In this document: piece after piece, positions 48,377 to 57,811 of the stretch | Layout of the letters: the number at the start of each line of letters is the position of its first letter | How positions within the stretch are numbered: the stretch's first letter is position 1 | From: an uncultured virus (IMG/VR IMGVR_UViG_2519899798_000002) | Taxonomy: Duplodnaviria > Heunggongvirae > Uroviricota > Caudoviricetes | Length of the DNA stretch: 62,731 bases | Virus record (IMG/VR): IMGVR_UViG_2519899798_000002 | Coordinates: 62,001-124,731 of that record | Direction: 5' to 3' (one strand) | The notes under the pieces: generated by a model | Told to the model about the DNA's origin: nothing | Database searches by the model: none | What the model saw: only the letters and a program-made list of their open reading frames with translations | Program-made: the position numbers and the translations under genes

Positions 48377-50438
48377 TGAGATCATGATTCAGAAAGATGG
48401 GAAGTATCAATTCGAAAAGGATAAGGAGGCCGTACATAGCTACTTTGTTGATTATATAAATCAAAACACAGTCTTTTTCCATGATTTAAAAGAGAAGCTG
48501 GATTATCTGATTAAAAATGATTATTACGAAGAAGAATTCTTAGATCAATACACATTTGAACAGATTAAATCAATTTATAAGATTGCTTACAGTTACAAAT
48601 TTAGATTCCCATCTTTTATGAGCGCGTTTAAGTTCTACAATGACTACGCATTGAAGACAAACGATAAAACAAAGATCCTGGAAAGGTATGAGGATCGTGT
48701 CTCAATTGTGGCTTTATATTGCGCTGATGGTGATTATGAGAAAGCTGTTGAGGAAGTACATACTATGATGAAACAAGAGTATCAGCCGGCAACACCTACT
48801 TTCCTTAATGCTGGACGTAAGCGAAGAGGTGAAATGGTGAGCTGCTTCTTACTTGAAGTAGGCGACAGTTTGAATGATATTTCACGTGCTATTGATATCT
48901 CCATGCAGCTTTCTAAGCTAGGTGGAGGAGTAGCATTAAATCTAAACAAACTAAGAGCCAAAGGTGAAGCGATTAAAGACGTAGAGAATGCGACTAAAGG
49001 TGTCGTAGGTGTTATGAAGCTATTGGATAATGCTTTTAGATATGCAGATCAAATGGGACAAAGACAAGGATCAGGAGCAGTTTATCTAAGTGTATTCCAT
49101 CCAGACATTACAGATTTCCTAGATACCAAAAAAATAAGTGCTGATGAAGATGTCCGAGTTAAAACATTATCTATTGGTGTAGTTGTTCCAGATAAATTTA
49201 TTGAACTTGCAAGGGAAGACAAGGATTATTACATGTTCTATCCTCATTCAGTATACAAGGAATATGGGCAGTATCTTGATGAGATGGATATTAATGAAAT
49301 GTATGATGAGCTTGTTGAAAACCCTAGGGTTAGAAAAGCTAAAGGGAATACTCGAAAGCTGTTAGAGCAATTGGCCATTCTAAGAAGCGAATCAGGCTAT
49401 CCGTATATTATGTTCGCTGACAATGTAAATAAAGTGCATCCAAATGAACATATTTCAAAAGTGAAGTTTTCAAATTTGTGTTCTGAAGTCCTCCAATCAT
49501 CACAAGTATCAGTTTATACGGATTACAATAAAGAGGATGAAATTGGCTTAGATATCTCCTGCAATCTTGGCTCAATGAACATTGTAAATGTAATGAGTAA
49601 TCAATCAATTGCTTCAACAGTAAGAATAGCAATTGACTCATTGACAACTGTCACAAGGAAAACAAACATTGTAAATGCTCCAGCTGTTGCAAGAGCAAAT
49701 ACATTAATGAGATCGATTGGCTTAGGACAGATGAACCTACATGGATTTCTAGCTCAAAATAATATTGCTTATGAAAGTGAAGAAGCTAAAGATTTTGTTA
49801 ATACATACTTTATGATGATTAACTTCTACTCACTGCAGCGTTCTATGGAAATTGCACGAGAAACAGGGGAGACATACTACAAGTTTGATGGTTCAACTTA
49901 TAAATCAGGTGAGTATTTCGAAAAGTACGTAACAAATGATTATAGCCCTCAGTTTGAAAAGGTTAAAAAGCTATTTGGAGATCAACATATTCCTAACATT
50001 GAAGATTGGACGAAACTTAAAGAAGATGTAATGAAATATGGCTTATACCATTCGTATAGGCAGGCTATTGCACCTACGGGAAGCATCTCATATGTTCAAT
50101 CATCTACAGCAGGTGTAATGCCAATTATGGAGAGAATTGAGGAACGTACATACGGAAACAGTAAGACATATTATCCGATGCCAGGTTTATCGGCTCAGAA
50201 TTGGTTCTTCTACAAAGAAGCATACGACATGGATATGTTTAAGGTAGTTGATCTTATTGCAACAATTCAGCAGCACGTTGACCAAGGAATTTCATTTACA
50301 TTGTTTTTAAAGGATACGATGACAACAAGAGATTTGAACCGAATTGATCTCTATGCTCATCATCGAGGAATTAAGACTTTGTACTATGCGAGAACAAAAG
50401 ATACAGGACAGGAAGGGTGTCTGTCTTGTTTAGTTTAA
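48339..50438 (+). CDS. nrdE: class Ib ribonucleotide reductase alpha subunit, no intron or intein
   Basis: TTG start after GGAGG; ATPTFLNAG, SCFL, SNLCSE, APTGSIS, TLYY, CLSC. Confidence 0.96.
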   Translation: MTNTIPKWIKLNNEIMIQKDGKYQFEKDKEAVHSYFVDYINQNTVFFHDLKEKLDYLIKNDYYEEEFLDQYTFEQIKSIYKIAYSYKFRFPSFMSAFKFYNDYALKTNDKTKILERYEDRVSIVALYCADGDYEKAVEEVHTMMKQEYQPATPTFLNAGRKRRGEMVSCFLLEVGDSLNDISRAIDISMQLSKLGGGVALNLNKLRAKGEAIKDVENATKGVVGVMKLLDNAFRYADQMGQRQGSGAVYLSVFHPDITDFLDTKKISADEDVRVKTLSIGVVVPDKFIELAREDKDYYMFYPHSVYKEYGQYLDEMDINEMYDELVENPRVRKAKGNTRKLLEQLAILRSESGYPYIMFADNVNKVHPNEHISKVKFSNLCSEVLQSSQVSVYTDYNKEDEIGLDISCNLGSMNIVNVMSNQSIASTVRIAIDSLTTVTRKTNIVNAPAVARANTLMRSIGLGQMNLHGFLAQNNIAYESEEAKDFVNTYFMMINFYSLQRSMEIARETGETYYKFDGSTYKSGEYFEKYVTNDYSPQFEKVKKLFGDQHIPNIEDWTKLKEDVMKYGLYHSYRQAIAPTGSISYVQSSTAGVMPIMERIEERTYGNSKTYYPMPGLSAQNWFFYKEAYDMDMFKVVDLIATIQQHVDQGISFTLFLKDTMTTRDLNRIDLYAHHRGIKTLYYARTKDTGQEGCLSCLV

Positions 50439-50494
50439 ATTAAATAGTAAAGGAGTCGGCACTCTGTAATGCTGCCTGACTCCTGCGTTCTAAA

Positions 50495-50926
50495 TTAAAG
50501 TCCTCTTGCTTTAACAAATGCTTGGATATCTTCACCATCTTTATTTGTTACACGGACTTTATAAGTACCTTCTATATCTTTTACGTAAAAGGTTGTTTCT
50601 TTGAACTTTCCTGGTTTCACTGTAATACCGTCTGCTATTCTCTTGCCGTCAGGGTTCGTAATTCTGTACTCAAAAGGGTAGTCTCCATCATTTGCAATGT
50701 AAACTCTGATTTTGTCGTCTTCACTTCCAAAATAATCGAAATATAAGTTTCCTGCAGCTGTAAAATAACCAGTTTCACAAATTAAAGTGCCACGGTCACA
50801 TCTAGGATCTTCTAAAGGATTTATGACTTTCACAGGATTTTGAATCGACTTTGCTGAAACAGCAGTACTACCAATAGTAGGTATTAGACCTAAAACTAAA
50901 GCACCAGCAATAAATTTCTTTTTCAT
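50495..50926 (-). CDS. secreted hypothetical protein inserted between nrdE and nrdF
   Basis: Sec signal MKKKFIAGALVLGLIPTIGSTAVSA; GGAGG RBS. Confidence 0.75.
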   Translation of the reverse strand: MKKKFIAGALVLGLIPTIGSTAVSAKSIQNPVKVINPLEDPRCDRGTLICETGYFTAAGNLYFDYFGSEDDKIRVYIANDGDYPFEYRITNPDGKRIADGITVKPGKFKETTFYVKDIEGTYKVRVTNKDGEDIQAFVKARGL

Positions 50927-51043
50927 TTTTTATTCCTCCCTTAATAGTGAATATGTTGCATTATAAAATTTACAACATTTATAAAATATTCCCTTCTTTT
51001 TACAGGTGGTGAGGGAGGAAAAAATATTTAGGAGGTCACATTT

Positions 51044-52048
51044 TTGTCACAACTCAACGAAAACAAGCTGTATACTGCAGCAAACTGGTCAAAGCATGAA
51101 GACGATTTTACCCAAATGTTCTATAACCAAAACGTGAAGCAGTTCTGGCTTCCGGAAGAGATTGCTTTAAACGGCGATCTCCTCACATGGAAGTACCTCG
51201 GAAAAAACGAGCAGGACACTTATATGAAAGTCTTAGCTGGGTTGACGTTGTTGGATACAGAACAAGGCAACACAGGCATGCCTATAATTGCGGAACATGT
51301 AGATGGGCATCAAAGAAAGGCAGTTTTAAATTTCATGGCTATGATGGAAAATGCTGTTCATGCAAAGTCTTACAGCAACATTTTTCTTACATTAGCTCCA
51401 ACTGAGCAGATAAATGAAGTCTTTGAATGGGTGAAAAACAATAGGTTTCTTCAAAAGAAGGCTAGAACAATTGTTTCAGTCTATAAATCAATCAAGAAAA
51501 ACGATGAAATTTCTTTATTCAAAGCAATGGTTTCATCTGTTTTTCTGGAGAGTTTCCTTTTCTACTCAGGGTTTTATTATCCACTTTACTTTTACGGACA
51601 AGGAAAACTTATGCAGAGCGGGGAAATTGTAAATTTAATTATCCGTGACGAAGCGATACACGGCGTTTACATCGGTTTATTAGCACAGGAGATATATAAG
51701 AAACAAACTCCTCTGAAGCAAAAAGAACTGCATGCATGGGCTTTAAGTTTACTGCAGGAGCTTTATGAAAATGAACTGGAGTATACAGAAGATGTTTATG
51801 ATCAGGTTGGATTAGCTCCAGATGTAAAGAAATTCATCAGATACAACGCAAATAAAGCTTTAAACAATCTGGGCTTTGATCATTGGTTTGAAGAAGAGGA
51901 TGTTAATCCAATTGTTATCAATGGTTTGAGCACTAAGACTAAATCCCATGACTTCTTTTCAACTAAAGGAAACGGGTACAAAAAAGCCACGGTTGAACCA
52001 TTAAAGGATTCTGATTTTATTTTTACCGAGAAAGGGTGTATTCAGTGA
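51044..52048 (+). CDS. nrdF: class Ib ribonucleotide reductase beta subunit, no intron
   Basis: [30 protein letters not shown]. Confidence 0.96.
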   Translation: MSQLNENKLYTAANWSKHEDDFTQMFYNQNVKQFWLPEEIALNGDLLTWKYLGKNEQDTYMKVLAGLTLLDTEQGNTGMPIIAEHVDGHQRKAVLNFMAMMENAVHAKSYSNIFLTLAPTEQINEVFEWVKNNRFLQKKARTIVSVYKSIKKNDEISLFKAMVSSVFLESFLFYSGFYYPLYFYGQGKLMQSGEIVNLIIRDEAIHGVYIGLLAQEIYKKQTPLKQKELHAWALSLLQELYENELEYTEDVYDQVGLAPDVKKFIRYNANKALNNLGFDHWFEEEDVNPIVINGLSTKTKSHDFFSTKGNGYKKATVEPLKDSDFIFTEKGCIQ

Positions 52049-52287
52049 GATTGATTAAATTAGAGCAGCCTAATTGCAATCCATGTAAAATGGTTTCCAA
52101 TTACTTAGAACAAGCAGATATTCATTTTGAGACAGTGGACGTTACACAGGAACCAGAAGTAGCAGCAAGATTTGGTGTCATGGGAGTACCGGCAACCATT
52201 TTGCTGAATGATCAAGGAGAAGAAGTAAAACGAAGTGTTGGTTTTAAGCCTAATGAACTTGATGAGTTACTAAAGGAATTACGATAA
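52045..52287 (+). CDS. yosR: thioredoxin/NrdH-like protein YosR
   Basis: CNPC motif. Confidence 0.9.
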   Translation: MRLIKLEQPNCNPCKMVSNYLEQADIHFETVDVTQEPEVAARFGVMGVPATILLNDQGEEVKRSVGFKPNELDELLKELR

Positions 52288-52337
52288 AAGGGTAATTTTA
52301 AACAAACTTAAATTAAAAGGAGCTATATTACATAACA

Positions 52338-52766
52338 ATGCAAATTAAAATCAAATACTTAGATGAAACACAAACAAGAATCAGCAAAATTGAGCAGGGA
52401 GACTGGATCGATCTTCGTGCAGCTGAAGATGTAACAATCAAAAAAGATGAATTTAAGCTTGTCCCACTAGGTGTAGCAATGGAGCTGCCTGAAGGTTACG
52501 AAGCACATGTCGTTCCTCGGTCGAGCACATATAAGAACTTTGGCGTTATTCAAACAAATTCAATGGGTGTTATTGATGAGTCGTACAAGGGAGACAACGA
52601 TTTTTGGTTCTTTCCTGCTTATGCATTACGTAATACTGAGATTAAAAAGGGAGATCGGATTTGTCAATTTAGAATTATTAAGAAAATGCCGGCAGTTGAA
52701 TTGGTAGAGGTTGAGCATTTGGGGAATGAAGATCGTGGCGGACACGGTTCAACGGGGACGAAGTAA
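52338..52766 (+). CDS. yosS: trimeric dUTPase YosS
   Basis: [25 protein letters not shown]. Confidence 0.95.
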   Translation: MQIKIKYLDETQTRISKIEQGDWIDLRAAEDVTIKKDEFKLVPLGVAMELPEGYEAHVVPRSSTYKNFGVIQTNSMGVIDESYKGDNDFWFFPAYALRNTEIKKGDRICQFRIIKKMPAVELVEVEHLGNEDRGGHGSTGTK

Positions 52767-52859
52767 GTAAAATTAAAAACCTTGGCTGTATTCATGCTGT
52801 GATCTGAACAATGGAGGTTTCAGCCAAGGTACATATTATCATATGAGAGAATGCATAAA

Positions 52860-53474
52860 TTATTCAATGTTTATTGATGAAGAGTTCTTTTTAATACGAC
52901 AATTCAATTTTCCATAAAGCATCCTTAAGATGTAAAAGAACCAATACCCTATTAAAGTACCTAGAGTGTTAAGAATTAAATCATCTACATCAAAACTTCT
53001 GTAAATTGTTCCTATATACACTGAAAACGAAAGCTGTATTAATTCAATAAACAAAGATATGAAAAATCCAGTTAGCAAAATCCTTTTTACATTTAACTTA
53101 TTAAATAAAAGAGGAAACAACAAGCCAACTGGCATTAATAATATTAGGTTTCCTCCAATTGATCTAATTACATAGGGTTGAAGACCTTCATGATAAATGT
53201 CTACAAAAAAGTAAAACGGGATAAAGTTATTTCCTGATACAAAAGGGATATAAGTGTCATCCCTCATATCCTTAATTAAAACAGTATCTATTGGAATAGG
53301 GAATAATGTAACACTTATCAAGTTGAAAAAGTAAACCAATAAACAAAAGATAACAATATGTTTATGTATGGGTAGGCGGCCTTTTTTGTAAAGGACTTGT
53401 CTTATGAGTCTATAAAATATAAAGCAAAAATAAAGAACCATTAAGTATGGCAAGAGAAAAGCTGAGTCGAGCAT
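52860..53474 (-). CDS. VanZ-family membrane protein
   Basis: NFIPF, GNLILLMPVG, IELIQ, RSFDVDDLILNTLG. Confidence 0.88.
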   Translation of the reverse strand: MLDSAFLLPYLMVLYFCFIFYRLIRQVLYKKGRLPIHKHIVIFCLLVYFFNLISVTLFPIPIDTVLIKDMRDDTYIPFVSGNNFIPFYFFVDIYHEGLQPYVIRSIGGNLILLMPVGLLFPLLFNKLNVKRILLTGFFISLFIELIQLSFSVYIGTIYRSFDVDDLILNTLGTLIGYWFFYILRMLYGKLNCRIKKNSSSINIE

Positions 53475-53586
53475 AAATACACCACAATTTCCTTTTTAAC
53501 TCATTTTAACATAAATAGGGAAAAGGAGAGATCTGATTTCAATAAAAGAATACTTTTATCTAAAATCAATAAGGAGGAAAGAGATC

Positions 53587-53796
53587 ATTAACAACAAAGA
53601 AAGAGCTTTACAAGCAAAATATGATGACATGCTGTATAGGAACGGTCTTTGTTTTGGATTTCTTCAGTTACAAGGGCTTGAAGATGAATTTATTGAGCAT
53701 ATGAGACAAGTTGCTGAGTATGAAAAAGATCTGAGATACAAAAAGTCAGCAACTAATTTTCTGAAGATGATTGACAAAAATAAAATAGGCGGGTGA
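53587..53796 (+). CDS. 69-aa protein with probable ATT start (not in ORF track)
   Basis: AAGGAGG RBS, then (M)NNKERALQAKYDDMLYRNG...NKIGG*. Confidence 0.6.
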   Translation: MNNKERALQAKYDDMLYRNGLCFGFLQLQGLEDEFIEHMRQVAEYEKDLRYKKSATNFLKMIDKNKIGG

Positions 53797-53800
53797 TTAA

Positions 53801-54091
53801 TTGTTAAAGGCTAAAAATAAAATAATAAAGAGTATTGAAAAGATCAATAAACTTGAAGAGGGATTGGAACTATTTGAAGAAGGTGACGAAGAATATTTAA
53901 GTGTATTAGTGAAAATTCAGGGGCTATATGATGAAATCTCAGATACTGCTTTAGAGTGTTTTAAAGAGATGACTACAAAAATTAGGAAAACTGGTCAGAA
54001 ACGGATTATAAAAGGGATTGATCAGTTGCCACATACAATTAAAGAAAACATTGCTGATCAAGTGAATGATTTTAAAGGGGGAGCTATTTGA
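53801..54091 (+). CDS. yosV: YosV-like protein
   Basis: 96 aa, synteny. Confidence 0.55.
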   Translation: MLKAKNKIIKSIEKINKLEEGLELFEEGDEEYLSVLVKIQGLYDEISDTALECFKEMTTKIRKTGQKRIIKGIDQLPHTIKENIADQVNDFKGGAI

Positions 54092-54165
54092 ATAAAAGTA
54101 AATATTAACGGTATAGAGTTTGAGGGTGAGTAATAGCCAACCCAATACAAATATAAAATTAGGAG

Positions 54166-54579
54166 ATGTTTACTATAACATATGTAACTTTATTTCTATC
54201 AGCTTATCTAATTGTATTAAACATTAATGAGGTCAGGTTGATTATGCGAGGGGAAAGCAATACGTATATAAAAGTAAAGAGTGTACTTGATAATTCAACT
54301 CCAGAAGATGCGAAACGAAATAAGAATTTAATTTACCTGTTTACTTTGCTTAAGGGGAGTTCTTTAATCATCCCCTTGGCATATAACGGTTTAATTATGC
54401 ATGAAAATATCCTTATACTCTGTTGGACAGCATTTTCAGTTATATACACAGTCCTAAGCATGTTTAAGGTTTTAGACGTGTTGGAGGGCGAAACAGTGAG
54501 CCATAGTAGGTATATTTATTTGGCTTATGTCTTTGGGAACCTTATCTTTGCTTTGAGTATTATTTTTCATATAATTTGA
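54166..54579 (+). CDS. membrane protein (YosW-like)
   Basis: 137 aa, about 4 TM. Confidence 0.65.
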   Translation: MFTITYVTLFLSAYLIVLNINEVRLIMRGESNTYIKVKSVLDNSTPEDAKRNKNLIYLFTLLKGSSLIIPLAYNGLIMHENILILCWTAFSVIYTVLSMFKVLDVLEGETVSHSRYIYLAYVFGNLIFALSIIFHII

Positions 54580-54587
54580 AATTGTGT

Positions 54588-55193
54588 TTAGCTGCATTCA
54601 TTATACGGCTCAAGCCCTTTTAGCATAGGTCTTGAAGGATGTCTTGGAGAGTTTTTCACAGTTAGAAGCTTGTCAAAATGAGTTTTTATTACATAAACCT
54701 GATTCTGATTCGCTTCTTTAAGCAACAACATAAAGTCATTACATTGTTTTTTATGGAATTGCCTATCAAATAAATCAGGGCAATCTCCCCAAGCCAAGAC
54801 GACTTTTTTTGAGTCTCTTACAAGGGAGCTCAATACCTGCCGATTAGTTGCCATTACTGTATCAAATAAATTTGTATTTTCGTGTTGTAAGTTTTTAATT
54901 AGAGAAGATAACATTGTAGAATTGGTTTCATAAAAGGGATACAGATTGGCAATATGTATTGTACCTACTTCGTTAAGGGTGTGGCTGAATTTACAAAGCT
55001 TGTTTATGGTTAGGTCAGAAATATCCCTGCCTGCCATACTTGGATTTAACATTATATAAACAAAAGAGGAGTCTAAAGAGTTGTTTAATTTTATCGATAA
55101 ACAGTACCTAGCTTCGATGGAATCTGTTAATCTTTCAGTTTTACACTCAATAACTTCGCTAACAAACTCCGGCTTATACTTATAAACAGGCAT
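54588..55193 (-). CDS. DUF1643-family protein
   Basis: IMLNPSMA..D.T, NLYP, LAWG, PRHP. Confidence 0.8.
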   Translation of the reverse strand: MPVYKYKPEFVSEVIECKTERLTDSIEARYCLSIKLNNSLDSSFVYIMLNPSMAGRDISDLTINKLCKFSHTLNEVGTIHIANLYPFYETNSTMLSSLIKNLQHENTNLFDTVMATNRQVLSSLVRDSKKVVLAWGDCPDLFDRQFHKKQCNDFMLLLKEANQNQVYVIKTHFDKLLTVKNSPRHPSRPMLKGLEPYNECS

Positions 55194-55268
55194 AACTGAC
55201 CATCCCTTTCCAATTTATAACTAAGAATATCTTACCAAAGTGTGTAAATGAAAGGAAGTTAATTTTAA

Positions 55269-56108
55269 ATGACTCAATTCGATAAACAATACAACTCAAT
55301 CATAAATGACATTATAAATAATGGAATCTCAGACGAAGAATTTAATGTAAGAACCAAGTGGGACTCTGATGGAACACCGGCTCATACACTAAGCGTGATT
55401 AGTAAGCAAATGAGGTTTGACAACTCAGAGGTTCCTATTTTAACGACAAAAAAGGTTGCCTGGAAAACAGCCATTAAAGAGTTGCTCTGGATTTGGCAGC
55501 TAAAATCTAACGATGTTACTGAATTAAACAAGATGGGCGTACATATTTGGGATCAGTGGAAACAAGAAGACGGCACCATCGGAAATGCTTATGGATTTCA
55601 GTTGAGCAAGAAAAACAGAAATCTAAATGGAGAAAAAGTGGATCAGGTTGATTATCTTCTGCATCAATTGAAGAACAACCCATCTTCACGGAGACACATT
55701 ACAATGCTTTGGAATCCTATTGAATTAGACTCAATGGCCTTAACACCATGTATATACGAGACACAATGGTACGTTAAACAAGGGAAACTCCATCTGGAGG
55801 TAAGAGCACGGAGCAATGACATGGCATTGGGAAATCCATTCAATGTATTCCAGTACAATGTGTTGCAGCGCATGATTGCTCAAGTGACTGGTTATGAGCT
55901 TGGTGAATATATCTTTAACATTGGGGATTGCCATGTGTACACACGTCATATAGACAATTTGAAAATTCAAATCGAAAGAGAACAGTTTGAAGCACCTGAA
56001 TTATGGATCAATCCCGAAGTCGAAGATTTTTATGACTTTACAATTGATGATTTCAAGTTAATCAACTATAAGCATGGCGACAAGCTTTTATTTGAGGTAG
56101 CGGTTTAA
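55269..56108 (+). CDS. thyA: thymidylate synthase (phi3T thyP3 / B. subtilis ThyA type)
   Basis: MTQFDKQYNSII..., SRRHI, LTPC, RSNDMALGNPFN; 279 aa. Confidence 0.96.
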   Translation: MTQFDKQYNSIINDIINNGISDEEFNVRTKWDSDGTPAHTLSVISKQMRFDNSEVPILTTKKVAWKTAIKELLWIWQLKSNDVTELNKMGVHIWDQWKQEDGTIGNAYGFQLSKKNRNLNGEKVDQVDYLLHQLKNNPSSRRHITMLWNPIELDSMALTPCIYETQWYVKQGKLHLEVRARSNDMALGNPFNVFQYNVLQRMIAQVTGYELGEYIFNIGDCHVYTRHIDNLKIQIEREQFEAPELWINPEVEDFYDFTIDDFKLINYKHGDKLLFEVAV

Positions 56109-56169
56109 CCAATTTGTATTCATAAATAAAGGTTGTTGAAATAAACTCTCTCAACAACCTTTATTTATT

Positions 56170-56301
56170 TTAGTTAAGTATACAATTACATTTGTTGTTT
56201 TGGGTTGAAAAATCTGCTGCTTGAGCATTTTCAGTAGAGACAGATAATGATACTGAAGATACCAACAAAAAGGAGAACAAGAATAAAAATGATTTTTTCA
56301 T
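56170..56301 (-). CDS. 43-aa secreted peptide (not in ORF track)
   Basis: AGGAGG RBS; MKKSFLFLFSFLLVSSVSLSVSTENAQAADFSTQNNKCNCILN*. Confidence 0.75.
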   Translation of the reverse strand: MKKSFLFLFSFLLVSSVSLSVSTENAQAADFSTQNNKCNCILN

Positions 56302-56596
56302 AAATAAAGCCTCCTATATATAGTGTAAGGTAAGGATAGAATAAAATTACAGAAAAGTCAAAATAATTTATATTTTAAACGGGTTATTAAAACATCTTTA
56401 TGAACAGAGGGATTTGTCAGGGCTAAGTAAATGGATTTAAGAATGAAAATAAAATAACTATAGACAAATACAAATAATATGTATAATATAATAATAGAAG
56501 ATGATGAAATGACAGTTTTTTTATCTAATATACAAAAACAAAAAATATACATTTTTTAAAACTAATATTTTATTCAAACTTTAAGGAGGTGATTCA

Positions 56597-56950
56597 TTGG
56601 AAGTAGGAGACAAAATACATAGCACCAACGAACAGATAAGAGCCTTGGAGGAAAAGAAATATCAAATTGAAACAACTTTACTTGAAAAGCAGAGGGATAT
56701 TTTAAGACTTGAAACCCAGCAAAACAAAGAGAAGCTTGAATTCTTATTCGAACTAAGCGAAGTCTTAACCCAATTGGATGGTGAAGAATGGGTTAGCTGC
56801 ACAATTGCTTTACGAATTATTAGAAGAAATAAAAGAAAGTATTTAGACCTTTTTGAGCTGGTTAACGAAAAAGCATACATAAATAAGAATAAATTTAAAG
56901 TTCTTCATGATGAGTTCTTTAATCTGAAACAAGAATTGAATGAGATTTGA
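56597..56950 (+). CDS. yosX: YosX-like protein
   Basis: 117 aa, downstream of SPBRE promoter. Confidence 0.65.
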   Translation: MEVGDKIHSTNEQIRALEEKKYQIETTLLEKQRDILRLETQQNKEKLEFLFELSEVLTQLDGEEWVSCTIALRIIRRNKRKYLDLFELVNEKAYINKNKFKVLHDEFFNLKQELNEI

Positions 56951-56966
56951 AAAGGGACGCTAATAA

Positions 56967-57062
56967 TTAGCGTCCACCAAGAGTAGGTATGACTTTCCAG
57001 AAGAGTGTTAGTACAGCAAGGAATGCGAATACTGTAGCAGCATTTTTTATGATACGAGTCAT
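56967..57062 (-). CDS. 31-aa single-TM peptide (not in ORF track)
   Basis: AGGAGG RBS; MTRIIKNAATVFAFLAVLTLFWKVIPTLGGR*; hairpin 56953-56975 over its stop. Confidence 0.7.
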   Translation of the reverse strand: MTRIIKNAATVFAFLAVLTLFWKVIPTLGGR

Positions 57063-57110
57063 AGATCAAACCTCCTTTATGTAATTTAGGTATATTGTAC
57101 CACATAAATA

Positions 57111-57124
57111 CGAATATGTGTTCG
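57111..57124. promoter_or_regulatory. LexA SOS box
   Basis: CGAAT-ATGT-GTTCG; minus-strand TG-N-TACAAT with -10 at 57094-57099. Confidence 0.7.
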
Positions 57125-57154
57125 TTTTTTTAGGAATTTTCTTGGGGTGGGCAA

Positions 57155-57358
57155 ATGAGCGAGGAAGTTAAGGAACTACGTTGTACTGTTGCTGATTTAA
57201 TTGGCGAGAATGAGCAGCTGAAAGAAGATTGGAAGAAGTTAGCTGGGTTGTTTGTGCAATCACTTGCTTTAAACATAACGCTAATGGATGAAACTTTGCC
57301 AGAGTGGCGTTACTTTGCAAACGAGGAAATCGAAAAATTAAAGGAGTTATGTAAATGA
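57155..57358 (+). CDS. hypothetical protein
   Basis: 67 aa. Confidence 0.65.
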   Translation: MSEEVKELRCTVADLIGENEQLKEDWKKLAGLFVQSLALNITLMDETLPEWRYFANEEIEKLKELCK

Positions 57359-57663
57359 ATATTCCTTTAAGCATTGTCGAAGCGGGAAAAACCGACGAGT
57401 ATGTGAGATTGCAAAAAAGGCGAGATTATTTTAAAGAAAAGCATGACGAAGCCTTAGAAGTGGCGAAGAAGGTATCGAGAAAGCTTTACGCTACTACTTC
57501 ACAAAATGGCTATCAGAGTGTAATTACGCCAAATGGATTAGTTATCGAAATAGCGAACGCGGCGAAAAAATGTATGTCGGCAAATAGAAGAATAGAGCAC
57601 GTCGAAGCAATTCTTTCCGTAGTTGAAAAAGATATTAAATGCTTAGAAGAAAAGTGTGTGTAA
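57355..57663 (+). CDS. hypothetical protein
   Basis: 102 aa; ATGA overlap. Confidence 0.65.
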   Translation: MNIPLSIVEAGKTDEYVRLQKRRDYFKEKHDEALEVAKKVSRKLYATTSQNGYQSVITPNGLVIEIANAAKKCMSANRRIEHVEAILSVVEKDIKCLEEKCV

Positions 57664-57811
57664 GATGTGTATTATGCCTTGTACTGTAATAGGAGGTGAA
57701 ATATATATGTACATGCGAAGAGGGTAGTGGCAAATGTCCTTATAGTGATGGAGCGCTGGATATATTCTAAATGAAATCTGTATTTTATAAAAAAACTGGT
57801 CATTAGACCAG

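Larger units (their letters stand above)
5551..56485 (+). repeat. SPBRE-like 22-bp repeated operator ACAAA(T/G/C)ACAAA(T/A)AATATGTATA, 7 copies
   Basis: copies at 5551, 7245 (degenerate), 12768, 28667, 38996, 43847, 56464; several overlap sigA promoters. Confidence 0.85.

Noticed and set aside
51641..51700. GC-richer codon patch in nrdF as a homing-escape or host-conversion tract
   Set aside because: Too short to judge without an alignment
54093..54108. TAAAA 2 nt after the yosV stop
   Set aside because: Right arm too degenerate (ATTAA); not counted
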